Positions 40,252 to 59,894 of a stretch of 64,000 nt of DNA are shown piece by piece; positions within the stretch are counted from its first letter, which is position 1; each line of letters starts with the position of its first letter. The position numbers and the translations under genes were made by a program. The DNA is from Zygnema circumcarinatum SAG 698-1b (lineage: Eukaryota > Plantae > Zygnematophyceae): contig CM074821.1 of the NCBI GenBank assembly GCA_037447605.1, positions 2,035,550 to 2,099,549 of the forward strand, given 5' to 3'. A model generated the notes under the pieces. That model ran no database searches, was not told where the DNA came from, and saw only the letters and a list, made by a program, of their open reading frames with translations.

Positions 40252-43200
40252 ATGGCCATGGCCGCGGCCGCCGCGCCTTCTGAAGGGCGCCTTCTCGTCC
40301 GCGGCTTCCTGCACCTCATGGGTACGTACGTAGGGCAGGCGGAGCCAGTTAGCCCCAACATCTCCTGCCTGTCTGCCTGTGGAATACAGCGCAGCGCCGG
40401 AACTTGGCTCTCGCTTTTGAGTTTACTGGTCGGAACGAGGAGCCTTCCCACCGTGGACGCCGGCGCGGCCTGCCAGACTGCGCGCTGGCCTCACGCCGGG
40501 CGGGAAGGGACGGGAGGGGGCGCAGCCTCGCAGGTGTCGACGCGCCTCCTGACGTTCGTCCTCAACTGGCTGGTCGTGCAGCGCCTCTCGCCCGCCGAGC
40601 ACGGGGTGAGGCGCGCCCTCCCTCCCTCCCTCCCTCCCTCCCTCCCTCTGAACTGAACTGAACTGAGCCAACCGCCATGGCACGGGCCGGACGGACTCGC
40701 GTTTGATTGAGTTTCCTCTCGGTCTGAGCGAGCAGCACTTCACAGTTCGCGCCAGCCATGCAGCAGGTCGCGCGTAGAGCCGGCGTCGGTTCGCACTTGG
40801 GTAGAGGGCGGGATGGATCACACAGCTGCCGAGGGCTGTGGACCGCTGTGAGCAGGAAAAGCCTGTCGTCAATATTTGTGAATACAAGTGTTTGTAAAAC
40901 GTAATAAAAAACAAAACACATTTTACATGCATTGGGTAACTGACGAAGATTCTTTCGTTCCAGCTCGCAGCGCAATACCAACTGCTGTCCTCCACCGTCC
41001 TCTTCATCAGCAGAGAGGGCTTCCGGAGAGGATGCCTCCGCGCCGAAGTGCGGTGAGTGGCCCGCCTTGGCCTTAAACTATTTTTTCTCTGGCTAATGAA
41101 TGTGATTATTGACTGAGGAACCTGATGCTCACTTTACAAGTTCCAGTCCTCCCGCTCTGTCCCCCGCTCTGCTCTCCCTTTATTGCTCATGGTCCGTGCG
41201 TCCTCTGCATTCACTCCTCCCCTCTATCAGATTTTCAATGTCGTGCATTGGCTGGCTGGCTGAGGGATGATGAGATCAGTGAAAGCGGCGCATTTTCTCA
41301 ATCCCTAGCCAAGACGATCAACGTGGCGTGGCTTACTGTGCCAGTTGGCACAATTATTTCTATAGGAGCAACAATGTCTGTTTTGTGGTGGCGAGCATTG
41401 CCGCAGTCCGACCCTCAATACAAAGCTATTTTGCTTTTAGGTACAATAGCATGCCTAGCCTTACCATTCTTTTCTGGCTGCATGAACATTTGTTGCGCCG
41501 TTTTGTTGAAGGTAGGAACTCTGTTGCCTGTGGTCGGATCAGCAGGTCATTGTGCAGACTGGTTGATAACTAACTAATTGCGTGTTCGATTGGCGAGTCC
41601 GTGCGTGCAGGGGTCGCAGCTGTTGTGGAGAGTTGCAGTGAGCCGCTGTATATTCGTAGTCAGTCGATGCTCTATCTGCGGCTAAGGGCAGCTTTTGAGG
41701 CTGCTGCCACCTTTGCGCGATGTCTGCTTACATATGGCCTACTTGTGCAAGGATTTGGAGCGGTGAGTTTCTTCGTCACCAAAAAATTATTGCAATGATA
41801 TGGTATTAACTTTCATTCTGTTAATATGCTTGTCATGGGTTTTTTTCTGACGTACAGAAAGGAGGTCTAGTCTTCGCCTATGCTGAATTGGGTTACAGCT
41901 GTACTTTATTTCTAAGCTATTGGAGCTATTTCCTCTTTATAGAACCCAAAAGAATTGCTCAAGAAGGGAGAACTTCTCCCTCCTCTGCTTTGCAGCTGTG
42001 GCCCTCCAGGTCAGCAATGCCCTTTGCCTTGCCCTTGAAACTGAATGGCCCGTGTGTGCAACCACTATGAAGAGAAAACAGTAACGCAAAAGCTTCTTGA
42101 AATTTGGAAGCAGCTGCAAGTACAGCTATCTGTGAGATTCATTCAGTTCCGTGCGAGTGAGTGAGTGAGTGAGTGAGTGAGTGAGTGAGTGAGTGAGTGA
42201 GTGAGTGCAGAGCGCAGGGTTTGGACCGCGCCGTCGTGCGGTTGTGTGTCGTGTTTTCGGGTCAGGCCGCGGTGAAGCATCTCCTCGGGAAAGGGGGCGA
42301 ACTGGTGATGGCCCTCTCCGACTCCCGCTACAACCAGGGAGTGTACAATCTCGTCACAAACCTCGGTGAGCCTTTCTGCCGCCATTTCTTGCATCGTTCC
42401 GTTATGCAAAGTGACCAGACACTTGCTATGATCCCAGAATGCTGAACCAGAAATTGGCAGAAGCCAATTGTTTCCTGAAATGTCGACTGGTCATTTTGCC
42501 GACGTGATACTTTGAGGCAGTGTTTTGTGTGAAATGGGTTGCCGACTAACATAGACCGGACTCTGTGATCATTTGAACGAATTCTGCCTGCTTTGAGGCG
42601 TTTCCGGGCCTTCATAGTTGCTGGGGTGCAAGAATTCTGTACAGGAAGCTTGGTGGTTCGATCAGTTCTGCAGCCCTTTGAGGAGAGCGCCTTCCTTATT
42701 TTTGCAAAGGCTTCTGATGCCCAGATTTCAGGCGCTAGAGGTGGGAAAGAAAGCAACGGTGAGTCTCAATATGAAATTGCGTCGATCGTGAGATTGTGCG
42801 CAACTAAGGATTCCCTTCAGCTGAGGACGTCGACCAAGAGTGCATGGACCAAAGGAAAGAGCTAATGCAGTATAGACTTTTGAAAGTTGGTAGTCCAGGT
42901 TCATATCATAGGTAGAGAGGGCTTTCTTGCTTATGGAAAGGGGTGGGGTGGGGGCAGCTACCGCTGGACAGTTGCAGATATGGAGAGGAAGAGTCGCCTG
43001 GCTCGCGTTCTCGTTTTGGCGATGAAACTTGTTTCTATCTTAGGTATGTACTGCCATCCACTTTTTGTTGTGTTGACAAGGAAGAAAATCAATGTGAAGT
43101 TTGTTGTTTGAATTTAAATAGATCGTTTTCTATCTTGATGGGTTGTTAAAAATTTGGTTTGGGGAATGTGAGTAGATTCGACGTGAGAATCATGATGTTG

Positions 43201-44469
43201 CCAACATGGAAGCAGGACTCTGCCAACACGTGTCACGTTTCGACCCGCATTCAGTATTCAGAATTCTGAGTTTTTTCCTTTCAATGCAGGGCTTTTCTTT
43301 GTTGTTTTTGGGCCGAGTTACTCGTACACCCTGCTAGCTCTTTTGTATGGCGCCACTTGGAGCGTTGGGGAGACTCCTACTGCTCTCGCATACTATTGCT
43401 TCCTTATCTTTGCTCTCGCACTTAATGGTAGGGTACTGTTGCTTCCTATTTCTCTCGTTCCTCCCCCCTTCTTTTTCTAATTTCAGTTACTCTTCTCCTA
43501 ATTTCTTTCCTTGTTGATTGATTTTTTAACATTTACGGGGGGTGTTGCAGGTATTTCGGAAGCCTTTCTTCACGCAGTTGGGAATGAGGCCCAGCTAGCT
43601 CGGTCGAATTTCTTTCTTGTTGTGTTCTCAGTGGTGCACATCATCATGAACTTGGTTCTCATTAAAGCGGCTGGTGCGGTTGGCCTCATCTTGGCAAACT
43701 TGTGCAGTATCCTTCGGAAAGTCATCTCTACTTCCCCACGACTCACTAGTCAGGGCGAGTCGTGTTGAGTCGAGTCAAGTGAAGTTGTGGCCACCCAATC
43801 CATTTCAGGTCAGACAAACTGTTGCTCTGAGGGTATAAAGCTTTTTATATTCATGAGTCGAGTCCGTCAGTCGAGCCTTCGAGGCTGTTCTGCCCTTAAC
43901 AGCGCGCATCAGACATGGCCATGCGAGTGTCGTATTCTCTGGCCTTCACTCGGCGTTACTTCAAAGTGAGTGCCGTTGCCGTTCTAGCCATTCCCTCCTC
44001 ACATTGCAAGCAGTCCTGCCTCTAAGGGTTTGCATTCTTAGTAGGCGCCTCCGTGGTCACACGGTGTGTCCTCCAACAGGCAAGACGCAATTGATGCTAC
44101 TGCGTGTCATAACATTTTCCTCGTTCACAAGAGATTTCAGCCTCCTGTTGCCGGGGGGGGGGGGGGGGGGGGGGGGGNNNNNNNNNNGGGGGGGGGGGGG
44201 GGGGGGGGGGGAGCAGGGCGTGCCGTCCTTTGCGCTGCGCGAGGCCGTGCCGGCCCCGCCCGTCCTCGCGGCCTTCGCGGCGGCGGCCGCGATCACGCGG
44301 CTGTCGGAGGCGGCGCTGCTCCCTGCGAGGGAGAGGGAGAGGGAGAGGGGCGGAGGGGCGCTGCCCGCGGCGGCAGCCGGCCTTCACATCGCCGTGGGCA
44401 GCGCCTGCTTCACGGGGCTGCTGCTTGTCTTGTACGCGCTTTCACTTCCTTGCCTCAGCTCGTCATCCT

Positions 44470-44506
<37 letters not shown>

Positions 44507-45026
44507 TCCTCCCTCCCTTGCTCCCCCTCCCCTTCCCTCCTTTTTGCTCCCCTCCCCTCGCCTCGCCTCCCCTCTCCCTCCCCCCCCCTTCCCCTCCCCC
44601 CCTCCCTTCCCCTTCCCTCCCCCCCTTCCCCTTCCCCCCCCCCCTTCCCCCTTTCCCCTTGCCCCCTCCCCCCTTCCCCCCTTCCACGACCGTCCGCTTT
44701 TTTTACCTCCGTTCCTTTTCTTCCGTGGCCTCACTCTCCCCCGCCTCTCTCCCCGCCTCCCTTTTTGCTCTGTATACACAATAATCTGTGATAGGCCCTC
44801 AAACACGTAAGCACGACTGTCTATTTCTTGTTTTTTCTTTTGGACGCTTCTTTGGACATTGCAGGCGTTGATGCAGCTATTGTAGGTGCCCTTCATTGCA
44901 TAGGTGGTTCGATTAATCATTATGCTTCTGTCGGGTTGGGACAGGATGGTGTTCGAGAAAGCATTTCTACAAAGTGTCTCATCATTAGTAGAACGACAAA
45001 GTCATGAAGATGTAAAGGTCGAATGA
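40252..45026 (+). CDS. RFT1: RFT1 (Man5GlcNAc2-PP-dolichol translocation protein)
   Basis: Exons give RGFLHLM|ASQVSTRLLTFVLNWLVVQRLSPAEHG|LAAQYQLLSSTVLFISREGFRRGCLR, GVYNLVTNL|GSLVVRSVLQPFEESAFLIFAK and MAMRVSYSLAFTRRYFK. The last exon MVFEKAFLQSVSSLVERQSHEDVKVE ends at TGA 45024-45026. The gene spans an N gap at 44178-44187 inside a poly-G intronic tract. Confidence 0.9.
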
Positions 45027-45709
45027 ATGAATGAATTTTGTACGGACGTTTCGCTCCGCCTGTACTCGAAGTGAAGGCCAAAAGGGCCTCTTCTTCAAGT
45101 CGCCTGCCCGCCCTTTTCAATTATTATACGTTTCAAGCTGTTTGGCAGTCGTCGTCGTCGTCTGTAAAGTCGGTCGCTGTATGCTTTCTTTTGATTCACT
45201 CACTCGGGACTTCGGGACTCGAGTCGCACGTGGCCGCCCACTGTCTGCGCTCTCGCTCGCTCGCGGTCGTGTTCTCCTCGGTTTGGAGTGAGTTGAAATT
45301 TGGTACCGAATCGGGTTTCTGTCCCGATGATTCAAGCCTGACACGGTGTCAAGAAGGTCATGGGACGGGTCATGACATCTGCCCATTTCGTCGGATCCGC
45401 CATGAGCAGGTCATGACCACCTTTGACCATTCCGTGGAGTTAGGGTTTGCAGCATGCTACTGTTAACAAAAAGACTGAATTCCTAGTTTGAAATCTGCAT
45501 TCTTTTTGTGTCATACTTCTCTTTGCTAATTATCCATTAATTAGGCTTTTCTTTTTAGTTATTTTTTGGAAGTTCTTGTTCTGTCGATTGATCGTTTCTT
45601 TGATGTCCATTTCTTCGTTAGGGTCATTCGGTTTTCGGTTCGCTGATCCCTTATTCTTTTTGAGTTTTAGGTCCACGCCGTTGTTGTCATGAAGCAGCAT
45701 CAAGCATTG

Positions 45710-46008
45710 CACAGGTCGGACCATTCGACCAACCATTCGATTGGTTGCCAACCATTCGATTAGTTGCCAACCATTGGCGTCGGGCTGAAAAACATTCGAT
45801 TGGTTCAGGACTAGTGGATGCCAATGGTTGGTAACCATTTGACTGGTTTGGAACCATTGGATCCAATGTTTGCGAACACATTGGCGCCATACCGAAACAA
45901 CCATTTCAACTGGTTCGGAACCAGTAGATGCGAATGGTTGGCAAACATTTGATTGGTTGTGAACCACTAGGCTTCCAACCATTGCTATCCAATGGTTGCC
46001 GACCAGTG
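45710..46008. mobile_element. ~299-bp non-autonomous TIR element (hAT-like MITE) with palindromic internal repeats
   Basis: Left end CACAGGTCGGACCATT; right end reverse-complemented CACTGGTCGGCAACCATT. Flanks are AAGCATTG and CAGCATTG (7/8 identical). The interior is built of AACCATT/AATGGTT/GATTGGTT motifs in both orientations. Confidence 0.7.
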
Positions 46009-46302
46009 CAGCATTGTTGCGATGAATGAACGAACGAGTCAACCCACGATGCGCCCGCGCGCCGCTCGGACGGACGGACGGACGGACGGACGGCGCGGAT
46101 GGCCCTCTGCGAGCGCCACGTAGTTGCGGGGGTGCCGCGTCATCGGTCCGGCGCCACGTGGCGCGACGGCCCCGCCCCCGCCCCCGCTCGCAGCCACTCC
46201 CGCTCAGACCAGTCACCACAGAGAGAGAGAGAGAGAGAGAGAGGGGAAGGAGAGAGGAGAGGACAAGAGGGAGGGAGGGAAGGAGGCGAAGAGGCCTGGG
46301 CC

Positions 46303-54501
<8,199 letters not shown>

Positions 54502-54864
54502 AGAGGGAAGGCGCACGGCCAAGGGCCGATCGCCGAAGCGGAGGGACGGGCAGTCAGTCAGCCAGTCAGTCAGTCAGCGCCGACAGAAGGAAGGGAGGGA
54601 GGGAGGGAGCGAGGGAAGGGTCCATGCGTGCTATAGCAGCAGAGCGCTGATTGAGTCGCGGCAAACCGACCGCACTCAGCCGCTCGTCGCATGCGCTCGC
54701 TCGCTCGCTCCCTTGCTTATTCAAGACAATCAAGCGCCAATTTTGAATGTGCCCTCATTGCAGTCCTTGTCATCGGCGCCCGCTCCTTCTCGTCCATGTC
54801 TGGCTCTGTCGACGTCCACCAGGTTATGATGAAGGATTCGATCCGCCCTGTCAAAGTGCAGCAG

Positions 54865-55060
54865 TATTGTGTGCTGTGTGGTGTGTGCCGTGTGCTGTGT
54901 GCCGTGTGCTTGTGCTTGTGCTGTGTGCTGTGTGCCGTGTGCCGTGTGCCGTTTGCCGTGTGCCGTGTGCCGTGTACCGTGTGCCGTGTGCTGTGTGCTG
55001 TGTGCCGTGTGCTGTGTGCTGTGTGCCGTGTGCTGTGTGCTGTGCTGTGTGTGCCGTGTG
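54865..55060. repeat. (TGTGC/TGCCG)-based intergenic microsatellite
   Basis: Tandem gtgtgct/gtgtgcc units. The overlapping CAVC/HTAH ORFs are by-products. Confidence 0.9.
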
Positions 55061-55569
55061 CTGCGCTGCACAGAGCGGCGGCGAAGGAAAGGACAGGAAA
55101 GGGCGCACCGCTCTCTGTCCGAGTGGCAGTACCGCACAGCGGCGAGACGTTCAAAATCGATTATTATTTCTGATTTTTTTTTTTATTCGCCTATCCCCAT
55201 CCCCATCGCTCACTTATCGGTCGGTCGATCGGTCGGTCGGTCCGTTCCGATGAACGCACGCACGTACGCACGCACGTACGGGCGGACGGACGGACGGCAG
55301 CCGTTCGTACAGTTGAGTACGTTGGGCGGGATGGATGTCACGTCACACGACACCCGCCAAAACTGTACGACAAAGTACCCGCCTTGTCGCCGTGTCGGCC
55401 TCCGTACCGTACGGCCGCACCGCACTGTGCCGGGCAGGATGGGGCTGGGGGGAAAGGGAGAGGGAGAGGGAGAGGGAGAGGGAGAGGGAGAGGGGGCAGG
55501 GAGAGCGGGAGGGAGAGGGAGGGAGAGGGAGAGGGAGGGAGAGTGAAAGGGAGAGAGGGAGGGAGAGAT

Positions 55570-58226
55570 ATGGCGAAACTCCTGCGATTGCTCGCGTTCA
55601 CCATGACGGCGCTGCTACTGAGAGAGGTTCAGGGCCTCCAGGTTTCCTCTACTGCCGCAAATGAGAATGCGGCTCGGAGGAGTTTAACCGAGTTTTCAGG
55701 TGGAGGTGGATCCACCGGTGTTGATCCGCTGAAAGTGGATGCGAGCGGGGGTTGCATCCTGGGCATGGACAGCCGGACGCTGGACGCGCGGTCGGAGGAG
55801 GAGGCGCCGTGGACGTACTTCGAGGAGAGGGGCCGCAACCTGCCGTTTTGGGTCACCACGAGATTCATCAACAAGTGGGTGGAGGGCGCCTTTCGCTTGT
55901 TTGGAAAATTTCCTTTCAGAAATGAACTATATAATCTGGTACCCTCTCTTTATTTTTCATTCTTGTTGGTTCTTCATTTTGGAAAATCAACAGGTCTAGT
56001 AGAGTGACCCGGTGCTCGAGTAGAGCCTATCATTCTATTTCTTGGGTATTTTGAGTTCCGTCAGTTTTCCTTCTGGGGTCGTGTCAACGCTGCTTATGCC
56101 CTCTTTCTTTTTCCTCCTCCAGACATTATGCCGACAAGCATGGCTATAAGTACGTCTTTAAGACACCAACTGCCTTTATTGTGCCTAACGGGGAAGAGGA
56201 ACAACGAGCAGATTCTTGGTATAAGGTGCAGACTTCGTCACAAAACAATATGTTGGTGTAGATCTAATTACAAGCAAAATATCAATTCGGTAAGACGTTT
56301 TTTGAAATTAAAACAGCTCATTACGTACTGCCTTTTCATTTATATAGAGATGTCTTACTTGGCAGTTCAGTGACCAATTAGTGCTTTTTGCAGATAAAGC
56401 TCATGAAGGAGCAGCTGCTGTGCTGCTGCCGGTGGACTTTCTTCGTCGACTCGGACGCCTACTTTCGAATGAGCAGCCACTCCCTCTCTATTGAAGGGTG
56501 GCTTGGAAAATTGAGTGAGCCGGTTAGACGACCCCTCTCTCTCCCTCCCCCACTATTTCCCTCTGTTGCACTCTCTCTCCCCTCTCTCAAAACCCGAAAT
56601 TCCCCTTTCTTCCCTCTCTTTGAAAGGAAAATTGGTGCCTATTGGATCTCCACTTAACTTATGCATAGGTGTTCGGACTTGCGATCACTAAGTTGATCCT
56701 GTCACGTTAACCTCTTGCCCTCTTCGAAATTTGTCCTTTGCTTGCTTAGAGTGAGTGCGAGAGTAGCCCGTCCACTTAGGTACAGGGCTTCACAATACAT
56801 GGCGCTTTCAGTCTTTTTACTTTCCTCCACTCACCTTTGTCTCTCCTCAAAGGCTTTTTCACAGGTGGGCTGTGTCTCTCACTCTCACTCTCGCTACCCT
56901 CTCTCTCTCCCCCCTCTCACTTCTCTCTCACTCTCTCTGCCCCCCTCCCCTCCCTCTTTTCTCCTCCCTCTCCCTTTCTTTCTCCTTAAACCCTATTCCC
57001 TCCCCCACCTCTGTTACTAATGCTCCAACCCTCATTTCCAACACAAACATAGAATGGCCAATGGCCAATGGCCAACTTCTAGTATTCGCCTTATTTTTTG
57101 TCCCAGGGCTATTTCGCCGAGCTCGAATCCAAGGGAGTGGACCTTCAGAACCAGATCTGGTATCCAGAGAATCCTCTTCGCCTGCTTGAATCGGACGACT
57201 CCGACACAAAGTTGATCGCGTTGATCCCAAGAAACAGCGATAATCTGAACGGTTTCTGTAGAGAGGAACTTAACTTTCTTCGGAATTTACCGCCGAGCAA
57301 TTGCCCGGATTTCTTCAATGCCGGAATCATGCTGTTGAGAAATACAACGTTGACTATAGAGGTAACTAATGCAAATTTTTTTTTTGGCTGAAATTTGAGT
57401 TTTCCTGCACATCATTCTCTCTGAGAATTGTCCCCTCGCCCTCTTTCTCTCTTTCTCTCTTTCTCTCCCTCCCTTTCACTCTGTGTTCGGCCCCTCCGAC
57501 CAAATATCTCCCTCTCCTTCTCTCCCTATTATTTGTCCCTACTCTTTTCCTCCACCCTCATCCCACCTCCACTCTCTCAATTTTGGCTTTCTCACATTTT
57601 CTCTGTCTTCACTCTCCCGTACTTTTCCACTATCCTCTATCACTTCATCTTCATCCTCCCTTTCAACTTCCGTCCACCCCCCCCACCCCCTCCCACTCAC
57701 ACCAACTCACTCTCGCCCCATCCCACTCCCCCACACTCTCCCATCCCTCCCATTTCCATCCAACTCCCACTCCACCCACATTCTCCCACCCTTTCCCACC
57801 CTTTCCCACCCTCACCAACTTTCTCCCACACCCCCCACACTCTCCCACCCCATCAACTCCCACCCCACCAACTCCCTCCCACTCCCGCCCACTCTCTCCC
57901 ACTCACTCCCATGTCTTCCCCCCTCCCACTCCCTCCCACTCCTTTCCTCTCTCTCTCTCTCGCCCTCGCAGTTCCTGGACGATTGGTACAACGAGCAGCG
58001 TCCCCAGTACCTGCTTTCGCATCCGTGGGAGCAGCGGAACCTCAACATGATCTGCAACAAGTACCGAGACCACATCGCCGCCGTTCCGTACATGGAGGCC
58101 ACGGGCCCGGAGGGCCGTCAGATCCGTCACCTGTGGGGAGATCAAGGGTACGCGCAGCGCCACAGCCGCATCCGGGACGCCGCTCTGGGCGTCGTGGCAG
58201 ACATGGCGATGGAGATTGCCGCCTGA
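55570..58226 (+). CDS. GT34-like (GMA12/MNN10-type) glycosyltransferase, divergent
   Basis: Hydrophobic N-terminus MAKLLRLLAFTMTALLL. Exons read HYADKHGYK, FIVPNGEEEQRADSWYK|IKLMKEQLLCCCRWTFFVDSDAYF (DxD), FFNAGIMLLRNT, and FLDDWYN...HPWEQRNLN...IRHLWG. TGA at 58224-58226. The motif order is the one I associate with GT34; specificity is unknown. Confidence 0.72.
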
Positions 58227-58527
58227 ATGAAGAATTCAAAACTCAAAGAAATTTCCAACTATGAAATTTTAGAATCTGAGAAAGTTACATCCGATAAAGT
58301 TACATTTAAGACTGCTAGGAGATGGGAATGTTTGACACTTGTCATGAACTACGAATAGACAACTATAAAAAAAACAAAACGAAAGTAAGGATAGAAGTAG
58401 CTCTTAGGGTGCGTGTCATGGCTAGGGATGGAAATTCAAACGCACCCTCAAGTTTTAATATTCAATTTTTTTGTTTGAAAATTCGAGCCCTTTCATAAAA
58501 CATTTTCAAATAGCTGTAGGACAGTAC

Positions 58528-58700
58528 GGGTTTTTAGGGTTTTTTAGGGGTTTTTTAGAAGGTTTTTTTAGGGGTTTTTTCGGGTTTTTAGTGGTTTTTT
58601 TTTGAGAGGTTTTTTGAGGGGTTTTGTGAGGGGTTCTTTGAGGGGTTTTTTGAGGGGTTGTGTGAGGGGTTGTTTGAGAGGTTTTTAGGGTTCAGGTTCA
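58528..58700 (+). repeat. Degenerate interstitial telomere-like (TnAGGG/TnGAGGG) tract
   Basis: Exact TTTAGGG at 58533, 58543, 58567 and 58684, plus many TTTGAGGG-like variants. Confidence 0.55.
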
Positions 58701-59643
58701 GCTTGAGTGGCTAAGTGAAACATGTAAGGATACACGTAGTTCATTTTTGCCAAAGATCGGTCTACAAAGTTTTCTTAATAAACAAACGTCTAAAATTCTA
58801 ACCCTAGCAGCCTAATAATGCTTCTGGAAACCCTCTAAACTCTGAACATTGGCTAGCTTGGTGTATCACAAACGTGGTTCAAAAGATGACCTATCGCGAT
58901 GGAGCAAATTTCATTTTATGTAGGTCGCAAAGTTGTACATTTTCTTCTCCTATGAGTTAGGTGATGGTGTTGCTGCTGCTATTGGACGGGTTGTTGGAAT
59001 TGTGGCTCTTTCGGTAGGTCTATTTTCAAACTTTACTATATCATTAAAAAAAAAAAATTATGTGTTTTTAGCCTTTCTTCTTCTCGTATGTTGTACCCGA
59101 TCTCCTCATCGTAATGGTGAATGTATACTGTTTGTGCAACGTCTTCTCGGGATGGCTGCTTCAAACGGGCCTTGCCCTCGTGAGTCAACTGGGCATGGGG
59201 GTGTTTTTAGGGTTTTTGTTGTCCTGCTCTACGTAGGAGCAATTGTTTATTTGGCATTCAGGAAGGACACGGAATTCCCTTTTTCACCACCTTATGATCA
59301 ACCAGGGGACAATAGTCCAACAGATTCTGACATTCAAGTTTCAGAAGGGTTTGAAGAGTATGTTCCTAACCACTCTCATCCAGCTCAGCAAGAGCTCAAA
59401 GTCATTTCTAAAAGGAAATTTGTACGCTCCAGATATCAAAACTTTGCAAGTCTGATGATGCAAAATGGGCATAGCAAAACACATCAAGAATGTGAACCAA
59501 CTTCATCTTGAGTTGCACGCATGTATTGTTTGTGGAATTTTTATTATGCAATGCATACACTTATTGCAAAGGACCACTGGCTAACCATTTGCACGAGGCG
59601 AAGACTGACCAAAGCAAGACAAGGCGTAGAAAAAGCCTCCAAT

Positions 59644-59894
59644 AGAGAGAAAAGAGGGAAAATAGGGAAAAGAGGAAAAAGAGGGAAAAAAGGGAAAAGA
59701 GGGAAACGAGGGCAAGAGGAAAAACAAGGAAAAGAGGGAAAAGAGGGAAAAGAGGGAAAAGAGGGAAAGGAGGGAAAAGAGGAAAAAGAGAGAAAAGAGG
59801 GAAAAGAGGGAAAGGAGGGAAAAGAGGGAAAAGAGATAAAAGAGGGAAAAGACGAAAAAAAGGGACAAGAGGAAAAAGAACGCAAAGAGGAAAA
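59644..59894. repeat. (GAGGGAAAA)n 9-mer purine array
   Basis: Tandem agagggaaa units with variants, directly abutting the 7-mer satellite. Confidence 0.9.

Noticed and set aside
58422-58436. TAGGGATGGAAA resembling an Ac/hAT terminus
   Set aside because: No matching inverted end or TSD was found in the window.
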